From assembly GCA_900299285.1 (NCBI GenBank), contig OMJF01000154.1:4306-68305 (forward strand): a stretch of DNA of 64,000 nucleotides, in the 5' to 3' direction. The translations under genes and the position numbers were made by a program. Below are positions 51,846 through 64,000 of the stretch, one piece after another. Every line of letters starts with the position of its first letter. The first letter of the stretch is position 1. This stretch comes from Anabaena sp. 54 (GTDB taxonomy: Bacteria; Cyanobacteriota; Cyanobacteriia; Cyanobacteriales; Nostocaceae). A model generated the notes under the pieces. The model saw only the letters and a list, made by a program, of their open reading frames with translations, ran no database searches and was not told the DNA's origin.

Positions 51846-51917
51846 GGGTCGCTAACTCAACGGTAGAGTACTCGGCTTTTAACCGATTAGTTCCGGGTTC
51901 GAATCCCGGGCGACCCA
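51846..51917 (+). tRNA. trnK: tRNA-Lys(TTT)
   Basis: Acceptor GGGTCGC/GCGACCC, anticodon loop CTTTTAA, T-arm CCGGG-TTCGAAT-CCCGG. Confidence 0.97.
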
Positions 51918-52113
51918 TTTTTTAGGTGAAAGTATAATTTAAAGTATAATTTCATGGGATGTCCGGTGATAAATAAGACATCAGGTGAATGGTATTGTTG
52001 AGACGTGATTTCCACAAGTCTAAAAACTCAGTAACATTTTCACTGCATTTAAGTAGGTTGGCGTTAAAAATTGTCGTTATGAGGGATCTAGGAAATTGAA
52101 GTTACTCAGAAAT

Positions 52114-52155
52114 GTTCCCAGTTAAGAGTTCCCAGTTAAGAGTTCCCTGTTCCCT
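52114..52155. repeat. short tandem repeat (GTTCCCAGTTAAGA x2, GTTCCCT x2)
   Basis: Read directly from the sequence. Confidence 0.7.
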
Positions 52156-52188
52156 ACCCTCGCAGACAAATTTTTGAGAATTTTTCCC

Positions 52189-52644
52189 ATGAATATTTAC
52201 TTTTATAAGGTTTCCGACCCCTATGGCTGTTTTTCTAATTTTTCCGCTCACGGTATTAATATCGAAGGTACTTATTGGCCGACTGTTGAACATTATTATC
52301 AAGCACAAAAGTTTGTTGGTAGTCCAGATGCTCCAATTATACCTTTAATTCACGCTGCTGCTACTCCTGAACAAGCTGCTGCTTTAGGGCGTTGTCATTC
52401 TCGTTGTCTGCGTCTAGATTGGGAATTGGTAAAAACTCAAGTTATGCGGGTTGGGGTACTACAAAAGTTTATGACTCATGCTGATATTAGGGAGATATTG
52501 TTATTAACAGGTGATAATATCTTAATAGAGGATTCACCTATAGACTATTTTTGGGGCTGTGGTGCTGATGGTACTGGGGAAAATTACTTGGGTAAAATTC
52601 TGATGAGTGTACGTGGGGAAATACGGAGAATTAGTGATTTTTAA
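52189..52644 (+). CDS. NADAR (YbiA-like) family protein
   Basis: YGCFSNF, WPTVEHYYQAQKF, KF.TH, LIEDSPIDYFWGCG, NYLGKILM; ATG 52189. Confidence 0.92.
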   Translation: MNIYFYKVSDPYGCFSNFSAHGINIEGTYWPTVEHYYQAQKFVGSPDAPIIPLIHAAATPEQAAALGRCHSRCLRLDWELVKTQVMRVGVLQKFMTHADIREILLLTGDNILIEDSPIDYFWGCGADGTGENYLGKILMSVRGEIRRISDF

Positions 52645-54110
52645 TTAATTGGTAAATCCCGGAGATAATAAAAGCGATCTTTTTTCCAAAAATCTTCTTT
52701 AATTCTTCCTAAATATCCTGTTAATGGTGATGATAGTTCTATGAGAATATCATATAATTCTCTGTCTTCTAGGTTTTGTGGTGGATGATCATAAAGATAT
52801 GCTATACAAAGATTACCAACTTGAGCATCTTTAGCACCTGTTTTTTCTAGATGTCTTTTGACGAGTTGGATAATATGCGATCGCAATTTTATCTCTTTTT
52901 CTATCTTAGCAATATATTCGTTAATTTGATCATCTATTTGTCCCGGTTCTAAATATTGCTTTAATTCAATTAAGTTGATCGCACCTGGATATTTGGCTTT
53001 GAGTTCTACTAATTTTTGTAATGTCATAGCTTTAATAATACTGACTTTCCATTCTTTTGATGATTTGAGATTATCTGAAGTTGCGTTACCTGGCCCTATT
53101 ATTAGTTTTGCTGAGTTAATAAATTGTTCTCTACCTAAGTGCATTCCACCAAGTTTAATTAATTCCTGAACTGTACCACTAGGAATACTTTTACCTGCTT
53201 TACATTCGCACACTAAAGGATAGGGTTGAGAACAATATAAATCTAATCCTCCCGCACCTCCTTGATAAGCATTTTCTACATTAAACCCTAAAAATTCTAA
53301 GCTTTGACGAGAGATATTTTCAAAGTTTGTACCTGCTTGATAATTACTTTTTTTATCTTCTAATTCTATGCTTCTATCTCCTAATGCTGCAATGGTTTTT
53401 ATCCAAGCTAAACTTTGATCTAATTTTGGGATAGGTGGAACACTATACCAGCCTAAAAATTGCTTAATGTCATGATTTAGCTTTTCAAAATCTCGATTAG
53501 TTTCTGAAATATTTTCACATTGAAACTGTAAAGCTTCTATATTTTGGTATGGAGAAATATTTCCAAATAAAATTAGGTTTTTTTGTTGGCTAAAACTAGA
53601 ATCAGAAACCACAGGAATATCATTTTCACTTGCATTGCTTATTATATCCTCTGATTTAGTCCAATAAAATGAACCTGTATCTGTTGGTGTATTAACTATG
53701 CAAGGTTTAGAAAGATGATAAACTCGCAATATCAACAACTTGAGAACTTTCTGCTGTTCAAATATATTTTCTAAAGCAGTCAAATTCCAAATTGTTGATT
53801 GTGCAATTTTCGGTAAAATATCCTTTTGCTCAGGATTAATACGCCATTGATATTCACAACGCGCCCAAAATTTAAGATGAATAGGGTATGTTGAATATTT
53901 AGCCCAGGAATTTCTAGCTTTTGCTAAATACTCAGGTTGATAGTATTCCTCTAAACTGAGGTCATTTGGGAGTTGTTGACATGGATATAACCAAAATGCT
54001 TTACCTTCAGGTTGAAACTGTTTAAAAGGTACTACGATCAATTTTCCCAAAGCCAGAATTTCCACATCAAAAGCTGGTAATTGAATTCCATTCATTATTT
54101 GAATATTCAT
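52641..54110 (-). CDS. DUF1802-like N-terminal domain fused to Mrr-like PD-(D/E)XK endonuclease
   Basis: N-half FWLYP...WARCE...TIWN...LLILRVYHL resembles DUF1802; C-half FENISRQSLEFLGF...GGAGGLDLY...VCECKAG has D...ExK; ATG 54110 lies 1 nt after the upstream stop. Confidence 0.7.
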   Translation of the reverse strand: MNIQIMNGIQLPAFDVEILALGKLIVVPFKQFQPEGKAFWLYPCQQLPNDLSLEEYYQPEYLAKARNSWAKYSTYPIHLKFWARCEYQWRINPEQKDILPKIAQSTIWNLTALENIFEQQKVLKLLILRVYHLSKPCIVNTPTDTGSFYWTKSEDIISNASENDIPVVSDSSFSQQKNLILFGNISPYQNIEALQFQCENISETNRDFEKLNHDIKQFLGWYSVPPIPKLDQSLAWIKTIAALGDRSIELEDKKSNYQAGTNFENISRQSLEFLGFNVENAYQGGAGGLDLYCSQPYPLVCECKAGKSIPSGTVQELIKLGGMHLGREQFINSAKLIIGPGNATSDNLKSSKEWKVSIIKAMTLQKLVELKAKYPGAINLIELKQYLEPGQIDDQINEYIAKIEKEIKLRSHIIQLVKRHLEKTGAKDAQVGNLCIAYLYDHPPQNLEDRELYDILIELSSPLTGYLGRIKEDFWKKDRFYYLRDLPIN

Positions 54111-54111
54111 A

Positions 54112-55953
54112 TCACACCGGCGCACTTAAGATTTCACAAATCAATAGATTATCAGCAGCTAGTCTTAACTCTTTAACTAATTCTGTTACCTCTTCTTTGC
54201 TAAATCCATAGTCTTCAGCTTGTTCATAAATTTTTTGAATCGCTACTAGAGGTTTAATTTCATTTTTTTTCAAAATCACTACTTCACCTCCCTGTTCTTT
54301 TTCCAGTTTTTCTTTTAGCGCATATCCAATTTTCCAACTTCTCGGAACATCTGTAGAACGTACTAGACAACCACGAGTAAGTTCGTATTTAGCATAGTTT
54401 ACTAATCTCGTCATTACTGCATTAAAGGTTTTGCCATTTGTAGTTTCACATATTCTTACACCGATTTTGACCTGGCATTTATGTAAACAGTCATAACCAG
54501 AGATAATAAAATGTAAATCATGTGTTGCATCAGAAACTTTTTTCACTTCTTGAATTACTACATTTGCTGTACCACCATTAGGAATCATAGTCATAGCACA
54601 CAGAATTATTGCTGCTAACTGATCATCCTCTTTCATTGGTATCCGAATTCGTTTAAGTAACTCTTGATAGGTTTCTAAAAATTGTTTATTTTTATCTGGT
54701 GGTGGTGGAGGAGGTACTGGTTTGTTACCTTTTGGTCCTGGTGGTTGAATAATTACCTTTTCAAACTCGTCAGCGCACCATATCATCAAAGAACGCGCAC
54801 CGGCAGATTCACTAGCAATATGTCTAATTTTGGTTTCTTCAAAAGGATATAAATGAGGATAATCTTGAGAATTGAGGCTATTATTTTTGTAAAACCAATC
54901 TAGTCTGAGTTTAACTAATTCTATAGTCTGTTCAGTAGTAGGGGGTTTAGCTCTAACGGATCTTTGTCCAACTCTATCTGGGATACCACTCCCCATTTGT
55001 TCAATTTCTTTCCATGTGTCACTAATGACACAGCAAATAAGAATTACATTACTACATTGAAAGTAAATTTGATCGATACATTTAGCAATCGTTTGAGCAG
55101 GACTATCTCCAGAATCATTATCAGTACCAGCACTATCAAGTTGATCAAAACAAATTACCACTGGTAATGATGCTATTTCCGCTAATTTGCAAATTTGTTG
55201 CATCATCCAGATAGATTTATCTTCTTGTTGTTCAAGTAAAAATTCAGGTAATCCTACTGTTTTAATCTCTGAATTATCCTCTCCTTTAATCCAAGCTAAG
55301 GCAATTTGAGCAATTTTTACACTTTTCAACAGTAAAAATAAGATTGCCTTTAAAAAGTTGAAATCAATTCCAGTTTGATTTTCTAATATTGCTTCAACTA
55401 ATTCATCAAAAAAGCCTAATAGTGTAGTTTTATTTTCACTCGCTACAATATATTTTCGTAATTCATTAGGTGAATTAGATTTTTCAATATATAGACGATA
55501 TTTATCCTCAAACTCTGTTCCTTTTAACGTATTAATTGCTGCTGCTGCCAATTTTTGCCATTGGGTAATTCCTAGACTATCTTGATGAGTAAAACTATCA
55601 GCCAAGTAAAATCGTACATGAGAATTAATTCGTTTAGGATTAGCACAAGGACCTATATAGGCAAAAACAGAACCCCCTTCTTGTGTTATTTTTTTCCACA
55701 ACCTATGGATAATATGACTTTTGCCTGTACCTCGATCACCTTTAATTGCAATTCCAATTTTGCTAGAATACTTTTTACGTACCTCAAAAATTGCATCAAA
55801 TATTCTTTCGTCAATATGTTGATTCAGTTCAGGTAAATCAGTAATAACATCACCCCAAACTTCATTATCTGAAATTACTGGACTTAAGCTAAAAGGATTT
55901 ACAGATTTTTGACGTGCTTGTTCAAATAAGGCATATATATCTTTGTTTGACAT
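54112..55953 (-). CDS. P-loop (AAA+-like) ATPase with C-terminal extension
   Basis: Walker A GDRGTGKS, Walker B VVICFDQLD, Pro-rich linker, ~180-aa C-terminal domain. Confidence 0.85.
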   Translation of the reverse strand: MSNKDIYALFEQARQKSVNPFSLSPVISDNEVWGDVITDLPELNQHIDERIFDAIFEVRKKYSSKIGIAIKGDRGTGKSHIIHRLWKKITQEGGSVFAYIGPCANPKRINSHVRFYLADSFTHQDSLGITQWQKLAAAAINTLKGTEFEDKYRLYIEKSNSPNELRKYIVASENKTTLLGFFDELVEAILENQTGIDFNFLKAILFLLLKSVKIAQIALAWIKGEDNSEIKTVGLPEFLLEQQEDKSIWMMQQICKLAEIASLPVVICFDQLDSAGTDNDSGDSPAQTIAKCIDQIYFQCSNVILICCVISDTWKEIEQMGSGIPDRVGQRSVRAKPPTTEQTIELVKLRLDWFYKNNSLNSQDYPHLYPFEETKIRHIASESAGARSLMIWCADEFEKVIIQPPGPKGNKPVPPPPPPDKNKQFLETYQELLKRIRIPMKEDDQLAAIILCAMTMIPNGGTANVVIQEVKKVSDATHDLHFIISGYDCLHKCQVKIGVRICETTNGKTFNAVMTRLVNYAKYELTRGCLVRSTDVPRSWKIGYALKEKLEKEQGGEVVILKKNEIKPLVAIQKIYEQAEDYGFSKEEVTELVKELRLAADNLLICEILSAPV

Positions 55954-55976
55954 AATTTTTCTCTACTTTACTTTTA

Positions 55977-56660
55977 TCAAGGTTTACTAGCGAAGAATAA
56001 AAGACCTCTTATTTCACTATTAATAGAGTCTTGTTTCTGTTCTTCGGTTGCTCCTCGTGCTTCTCCACTTTGGAGATATAATAATTGCTCTGCTTGCATA
56101 TCCATGATCCAAGTATTAAATTGATCACGTTGTAAGCGATTTCCTACCTCTTTGCGTATTTGCCAAATAGGAACTAACCCAGCATGACTATAGCTTTTAT
56201 CTAGCTTGTCAAATAAACCAAGAATCTCTAATTTAAACTCTTCATAAGAACCAATTACCTCAACCTTAACCCCATTATCTAATACGACGGTCTTGTTTAC
56301 AACCACATCAACCTGACGAAACCACCGCAATAACGCATTAGCTACCCACGTCCCTATAGTCTTACCAGATTCAAACTCAAACTCATCACTATGCAAACCA
56401 GCACGTAATACATCTAAACCTATTGGTGAATTCAGAGTATAACTAATTGCCGATCCTTTTTTAAGGATAGTAATAGCTCCCTGCTCTTGCAAATCCTCTA
56501 AAATACCTTGATAGTCGGTTATTTTCTGACCCTTAGACACCACCCGCTTGCTTAATTTACCCTTAGCTACCTTCTGTTCATTTGCTCCTAATTCCCACAA
56601 TGCAAGCAGTAAGCGAGTTTTAGCGTAACTGCCCTGTAAATCTTTATTCTTTGAACTCAT
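55977..56660 (-). CDS. hypothetical protein, probable tandem winged-helix DNA-binding domains
   Basis: 227-aa ORF heading the operon; ILEDLQEQGAITI and LVPIWQIRKEV...FNTWIMDMQAEQLLYL look like wHTH units (inference). Confidence 0.7.
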   Translation of the reverse strand: MSSKNKDLQGSYAKTRLLLALWELGANEQKVAKGKLSKRVVSKGQKITDYQGILEDLQEQGAITILKKGSAISYTLNSPIGLDVLRAGLHSDEFEFESGKTIGTWVANALLRWFRQVDVVVNKTVVLDNGVKVEVIGSYEEFKLEILGLFDKLDKSYSHAGLVPIWQIRKEVGNRLQRDQFNTWIMDMQAEQLLYLQSGEARGATEEQKQDSINSEIRGLLFFASKP

Positions 56661-56682
56661 GATGATGTGTGTTAAATGACTA

Positions 56683-56761
56683 AATTATTATAATAAAGAT
56701 TGTGTTTTTTATGCAACCACAGCTAAAATATCGTTAATTTCCTCAATATTTGTCACATATC
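56683..56761 (-). repeat. 79-bp direct repeat copy 1, containing TTGCAT-N18-TATAAT promoter
   Basis: Base-for-base identical to 60673-60751; 3' end on the minus strand is 22 nt upstream of the ATG at 56660. Confidence 0.93.
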
Positions 56762-56780
56762 ACTTAAAATAAAATTATGA

Positions 56781-56886
56781 TGATATACGCAAAACATAAT
56801 GTAGGTGGGGGTAATTCATAAATTACCCCCACTCAAGAATAGGGTTTATGGCTACGCAGGCTATCAGTATATCTAGAGTAAGTCTT
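56781..56886. mobile_element. degenerate AGGACTTACGCA-family MITE with 8-bp target-site duplication
   Basis: Flanked by AATTATGA at 56773-56780 and 56887-56894; ends resemble the 62279-62386 element; internal palindrome GTGGGGGTAATT-CATA-AATTACCCCCAC (56805-56832). Confidence 0.6.
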
Positions 56887-56936
56887 AATTATGAAAACAA
56901 ATTATAAATATAAAAATAAATATAAAAATATAAAAG

Positions 56937-57010
56937 GCGATCGCAATTTTATCTCTTTTTCCATTTTATCAATATATTCATTAATTTTATCATCAAATCC
57001 TAGTTTTAAA
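56937..57010 (-). pseudogene. 74-bp remnant of a paralog of the DUF1802-nuclease gene, ending at a HIP1 site
   Basis: 56937-56994 matches 52877-52934 at 53/58 nt; encodes DDKINEYIDKMEKEIKLRS versus DDQINEYIAKIEKEIKLRS. Confidence 0.8.
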
Positions 57011-60650
<3,640 letters not shown>

Positions 60651-60672
60651 AATTTATTTTTAATTTATACTG

Positions 60673-60751
60673 AATTATTATAATAAAGATTGTGTTTTTT
60701 ATGCAACCACAGCTAAAATATCGTTAATTTCCTCAATATTTGTCACATATC
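60673..60751 (-). repeat. 79-bp direct repeat copy 2, containing TTGCAT-N18-TATAAT promoter
   Basis: Identical to 56683-56761; 22 nt upstream of the ATG at 60650. Confidence 0.93.
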
Positions 60752-60798
60752 GCTGAAAATTATGAAAACAACAACTAACCGTAAATATACGTAAATAT

Positions 60799-60827
60799 AT
60801 CCCCGACCTCTTGAAGAAGTCGGGGAT
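60799..60827. terminator. hairpin/REP-like element downstream of ndhO
   Basis: ATCCCCGAC-N11-GTCGGGGAT. Confidence 0.65.
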
Positions 60828-60848
60828 CTGGAGAGGAATTGAAAGTGA

Positions 60849-61064
60849 TTAAACGAACTCTTCCAACTGTTCTAATTTTAACCAAATATTTGGCGTTGGT
60901 ACTCGTCCAAATTTAACCAAAGCATAGTCACCCTTGATATCAACAACTTCCCCCTGAGTTTCAAATAAATAACTAGGAAAGCGGAAATCACTAGCTTTAG
61001 CTTCCAGACTATTTTCTAACTTTTCCCGAATAGCTCGTACCATATTTCCTTTTTTCACAGCCAT
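60849..61064 (-). CDS. ndhO: NAD(P)H-quinone oxidoreductase subunit O
   Basis: [54 protein letters not shown]. Confidence 0.93.
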   Translation of the reverse strand: MAVKKGNMVRAIREKLENSLEAKASDFRFPSYLFETQGEVVDIKGDYALVKFGRVPTPNIWLKLEQLEEFV

Positions 61065-61343
61065 AAGTTACCCTCGTTCCAAAATAAACGCCTTTACCGG
61101 AAATTTTATCTTGTAACTCCAACTCAAGGCTATTCTTTTATTAAAACAAATAACCGCCTATTTTCAAGTCAACGGCTTGGTGATATATTCTTATATATTA
61201 CGATATAATATCGTAGTTCTTCCTCGTCGGTTATATTATAACCGAATTCAAAGGCATTGTCAACCCCCTAATTCTCTTTTTTCGCGGTTTTTTATTTATT
61301 GGCAAATTTGGGGTGAGTCTTTGCGTTTTGGTGCGAAACATGA

Positions 61344-62177
61344 TTATTTTTGACAATGAGAACAAAAATGGCTAGAACGACCACCTAATTTAATTCGTTG
61401 TATGATGTTACCACAAATTTTGCAAGGTTCTCCTGCCCGATTATAAACCCAAGCAGCACCGCCATAATTACCATTAACGCCTTGAACGCTAAGAAAATTA
61501 CTAAAAGTTGTGCCACCTACAGCAATACTAGCTGATAAAACCTCAATAATAGCGATTCGCAACAGTTCAATTTGGGGAATTTGTAATTCTATCCCCAGGG
61601 TTGTAGGTAAAATACCACTTTTAAATAAAGCTTCATCAGCATAAATATTACCTAATCCTGCCACCACTGACTGATCTAATAATCCAATTTTAATAGGACG
61701 ACGGGATTTTTTTAATTTACTGGCAAAATACTCTATTGTAAATTCTGGATCAAAGGGGTCAATGGCTAATTTTGCTAAACCTGTAATAATGTTTTCTATA
61801 GCCATGTCATGAGGAATATACCACATTTGCCCGAAAGTGCGCTGGTCAACAAAGCGCAATTCATGACTTTCGCCCAAAAATAAGCGGACTCTGGTATGTT
61901 TATGTAAAGGTTGATTTTGTTCTACCCATAATAATTGACCAGTCATTCGCAAATGAACACCCAAGAAAGAATGAGGACTAAGTTGAGCGATCAGATATTT
62001 GCCACGACGAAGCCAGGTAGTTATATTAGTCCCTTTAATTTTATCAATAAATTCATTAGCAGAAAATGGATAGGCGATAGTGCGTTCTAGTAAGACATTT
62101 CCATCTGTAATTTCTCGATTCAGGGTGAATTGATTTAAACCTCGGCGGACTGTTTCAACTTCGGGCAATTCAGGCAT
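61344..62177 (-). CDS. mutM: formamidopyrimidine-DNA glycosylase
   Basis: MPELPEVETV start (ATG 62177), RRGKYL, HLRMTG, AGLGNIYADE, C-terminal Zn finger. Confidence 0.96.
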   Translation of the reverse strand: MPELPEVETVRRGLNQFTLNREITDGNVLLERTIAYPFSANEFIDKIKGTNITTWLRRGKYLIAQLSPHSFLGVHLRMTGQLLWVEQNQPLHKHTRVRLFLGESHELRFVDQRTFGQMWYIPHDMAIENIITGLAKLAIDPFDPEFTIEYFASKLKKSRRPIKIGLLDQSVVAGLGNIYADEALFKSGILPTTLGIELQIPQIELLRIAIIEVLSASIAVGGTTFSNFLSVQGVNGNYGGAAWVYNRAGEPCKICGNIIQRIKLGGRSSHFCSHCQK

Positions 62178-62278
62178 GAAAGTCAATAATCTTTAAAAAC
62201 ATGTATAATCAGAGACAAAAATGATAGAATATTTTACTAGATTTGAGTGATAAAATCTGCGTAAAATTTAGTGAAATT

Positions 62279-62386
62279 AGGACTTACGCAAAACACAAAG
62301 AAAGTAGCGGTAATTGGTTAATTACCGCGAGAATGGGGTGTATGGTGACACCATGGAGACTATCAGTGATATCTTGCGTAAGTCCT
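62279..62386. mobile_element. 108-bp MITE-like element with 13-bp terminal inverted repeats
   Basis: AGGACTTACGCAA...TTGCGTAAGTCCT, with internal hairpin GCGGTAATT...AATTACCGC. Confidence 0.75.
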
Positions 62387-62450
62387 GGTGATATGATTAA
62401 TTGTTAGCGTAGGCTACTTTTAATCAAACCCCTGTCGGTTGACTATTTAC

Positions 62451-62660
62451 TTACTTTGCTTTAGCAGCGGGTGCTGCTACTTCGATTAATTCATCTACAG
62501 CAAAGTTGTTAGTATTAACACCAGAGTAGTTAACTTTGTCAAATCTGACAATGACAGGGTATTTGATGGCGCTTTTTTCAATAGAAGCGACAGTACCAAC
62601 GTCCTGAAACCAGTAGGACTCAGGACGGAGAATACGTACCTTAGAACCACGTTGAACCAT
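62451..62660 (-). CDS. psaE: photosystem I subunit IV
   Basis: [27 protein letters not shown]...[21 protein letters not shown]. Confidence 0.97.
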   Translation of the reverse strand: MVQRGSKVRILRPESYWFQDVGTVASIEKSAIKYPVIVRFDKVNYSGVNTNNFAVDELIEVAAPAAKAK

Positions 62661-62871
62661 GATGTATCTTCCCTTTTGAAGAATGAATGCCGTAAAGTAG
62701 GGCTGATTGTTCTCACTCTACAACAAGAGAGGCGTGTCCTTGGGTTTTGTTAAGTTATTTATCAAATTGGTCGCTTTTGATGGGTAATGAGTTGTTAATC
62801 ATGTCAATGACCACTTGACATAGTAGGCATAATAGGGTAAGTTTATTGGCGAACACTGCTGGCAAAATGTT

Positions 62872-63462
62872 TTATGTCTTACTTAATACAAAAACGCTAC
62901 CTTCGTTGCCTCTGGAAATACGGAGATCATCATCTAGATAAGTGATATCTAACCAACCTTGTTGTTGTTGACTTTGAATGGGAAAATCAAAAGCTAGTTT
63001 ATTTTGAAAATGTCCAGATTCAATTTGTTGGATAAAGTTTTCTGGTGTTGTATAGCCAATTAAACGCTGTAAGCCAATGATAGAACGCTGGAATTTCACC
63101 TGTACACGAGATGGTGATACTGGTACAAATTTAGCAGCAACGCTGACTAATCCCTCTAAGGCAGGAATACCGCAAATCTCAGCTATGTTATAAACACTGT
63201 TAGTTTCTACCCGAATACATTGGTAAATCTGACCGAGTTGAAAAAATGGCAGACGATCTATGTTTAATAAAGCCTTACTTGTAGTGTATAGTAGTCGCCA
63301 GTTGCCTTCTAGTAAATTACTAGCTGCTAGGGGACGTGGTGTAGGATTAAAATCTTCAAGGTTAGCGATCGCTGCTAAAATAGCTTGTTGCTGTACTGCA
63401 TTGACTAACAAACCGCGATTTGTTCCCAAAATTACATCTATGAGATTTGATTTACCTATCAT
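62872..63462 (-). CDS. PAP/fibrillin family protein
   Basis: LEDFNPTPRP, LEGNWRLLYTTS, GWLDITYLDDDLRISRGNEGSVFVL. Confidence 0.92.
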   Translation of the reverse strand: MIGKSNLIDVILGTNRGLLVNAVQQQAILAAIANLEDFNPTPRPLAASNLLEGNWRLLYTTSKALLNIDRLPFFQLGQIYQCIRVETNSVYNIAEICGIPALEGLVSVAAKFVPVSPSRVQVKFQRSIIGLQRLIGYTTPENFIQQIESGHFQNKLAFDFPIQSQQQQGWLDITYLDDDLRISRGNEGSVFVLSKT

Positions 63463-63729
63463 TGTTTTTTACCTCAAGAGTATACATAATGAAACAGTAT
63501 CAAGGAGATATAGATTTCCCTTATTTATAAGCATACAACTCTAAAATATGGACTTTTTAGCCAATATTTCCTAATTAAGTGAACAACTCTATGGAAAGGA
63601 TAAAAATTTTGTTTATTTTGTTTAATTCGGATAAAGCAATTAAAGAGTTGAATGAAGAATAAAATAACTCGTATCAAATGATAAACTGTTAATGTCTAGT
63701 TAAATAAACCCTAAGATGTGCTTGTTGAT

Positions 63730-63969
63730 ATGTTAGATTCTCCCTTGCGTGAAGCACCCAGAAACCAGCGAGCAGAGGTTATTCCCGTCAAACAGGAATC
63801 TTCAATGTTAGATTGGTTACGACTCAGTGGCCGGCTGATAGCCCGTGAAGTCCATGAAACAGACTCCCGCGAAGATGTAGAAGTAATATCCGATTTTCTG
63901 ATCACAGACGACGGAATTGGTGATATTGATTACGATGACGACGATGATATAACTATTGAGGAAGATTAG
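63730..63969 (+). CDS. DUF3134 family protein
   Basis: LREAPRNQRAEVIPVKQESSMLDWL..SGRLIAR plus acidic tail; ATG 63730. Confidence 0.8.
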   Translation: MLDSPLREAPRNQRAEVIPVKQESSMLDWLRLSGRLIAREVHETDSREDVEVISDFLITDDGIGDIDYDDDDDITIEED

Positions 63970-64000
63970 GTGTGAGTATTTTGGGTCTCTAGTTCCCAAA

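Overview
Chromosomal window from a heterocyst-forming (Nostocales) cyanobacterium. Evidence: a heterocyst glycolipid (hgl) PKS island, many HIP1 GCGATCGC octamers, and heptameric STRR repeats. Core content in order: ribH (partial), tRNA-Gly, a divergent proA, a Ser/Thr kinase-FGE/CLec fusion, desB-desA-desC, bciB, the hgl island (hglEGDCAB plus an SDR; hgdBC, hgdA, DUF2141, GT2, hglT), crtR, pyk, degenerate sucCD, aroE, ilvA, miaB, tRNA-Lys, NADAR, ndhO-mutM-psaE, fibrillin and DUF3134. The most unusual part is an ~8 kb minus-strand defence-like island (52641-60751). It has two modules, each headed by an identical 79-bp promoter-bearing direct repeat: (i) a Vsr/DUF559-like nuclease-SF2 helicase fusion coupled to an M.RsrI-like m6A methyltransferase, and (ii) a winged-helix-like protein, a P-loop ATPase and a DUF1802-like/PD-(D/E)XK nuclease fusion. 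Other notable signals: a GxxExxY gene bracketed by 27-bp inverted repeats with empty sister elements nearby, a DGR-like variable-region signature at the 3' end of the kinase-FGE gene, an A8-frameshifted secreted-protein gene, two apparent pseudo-enzymes, and decayed toxin-antitoxin remnants. All family calls come from motif recognition by eye; no searches were run.
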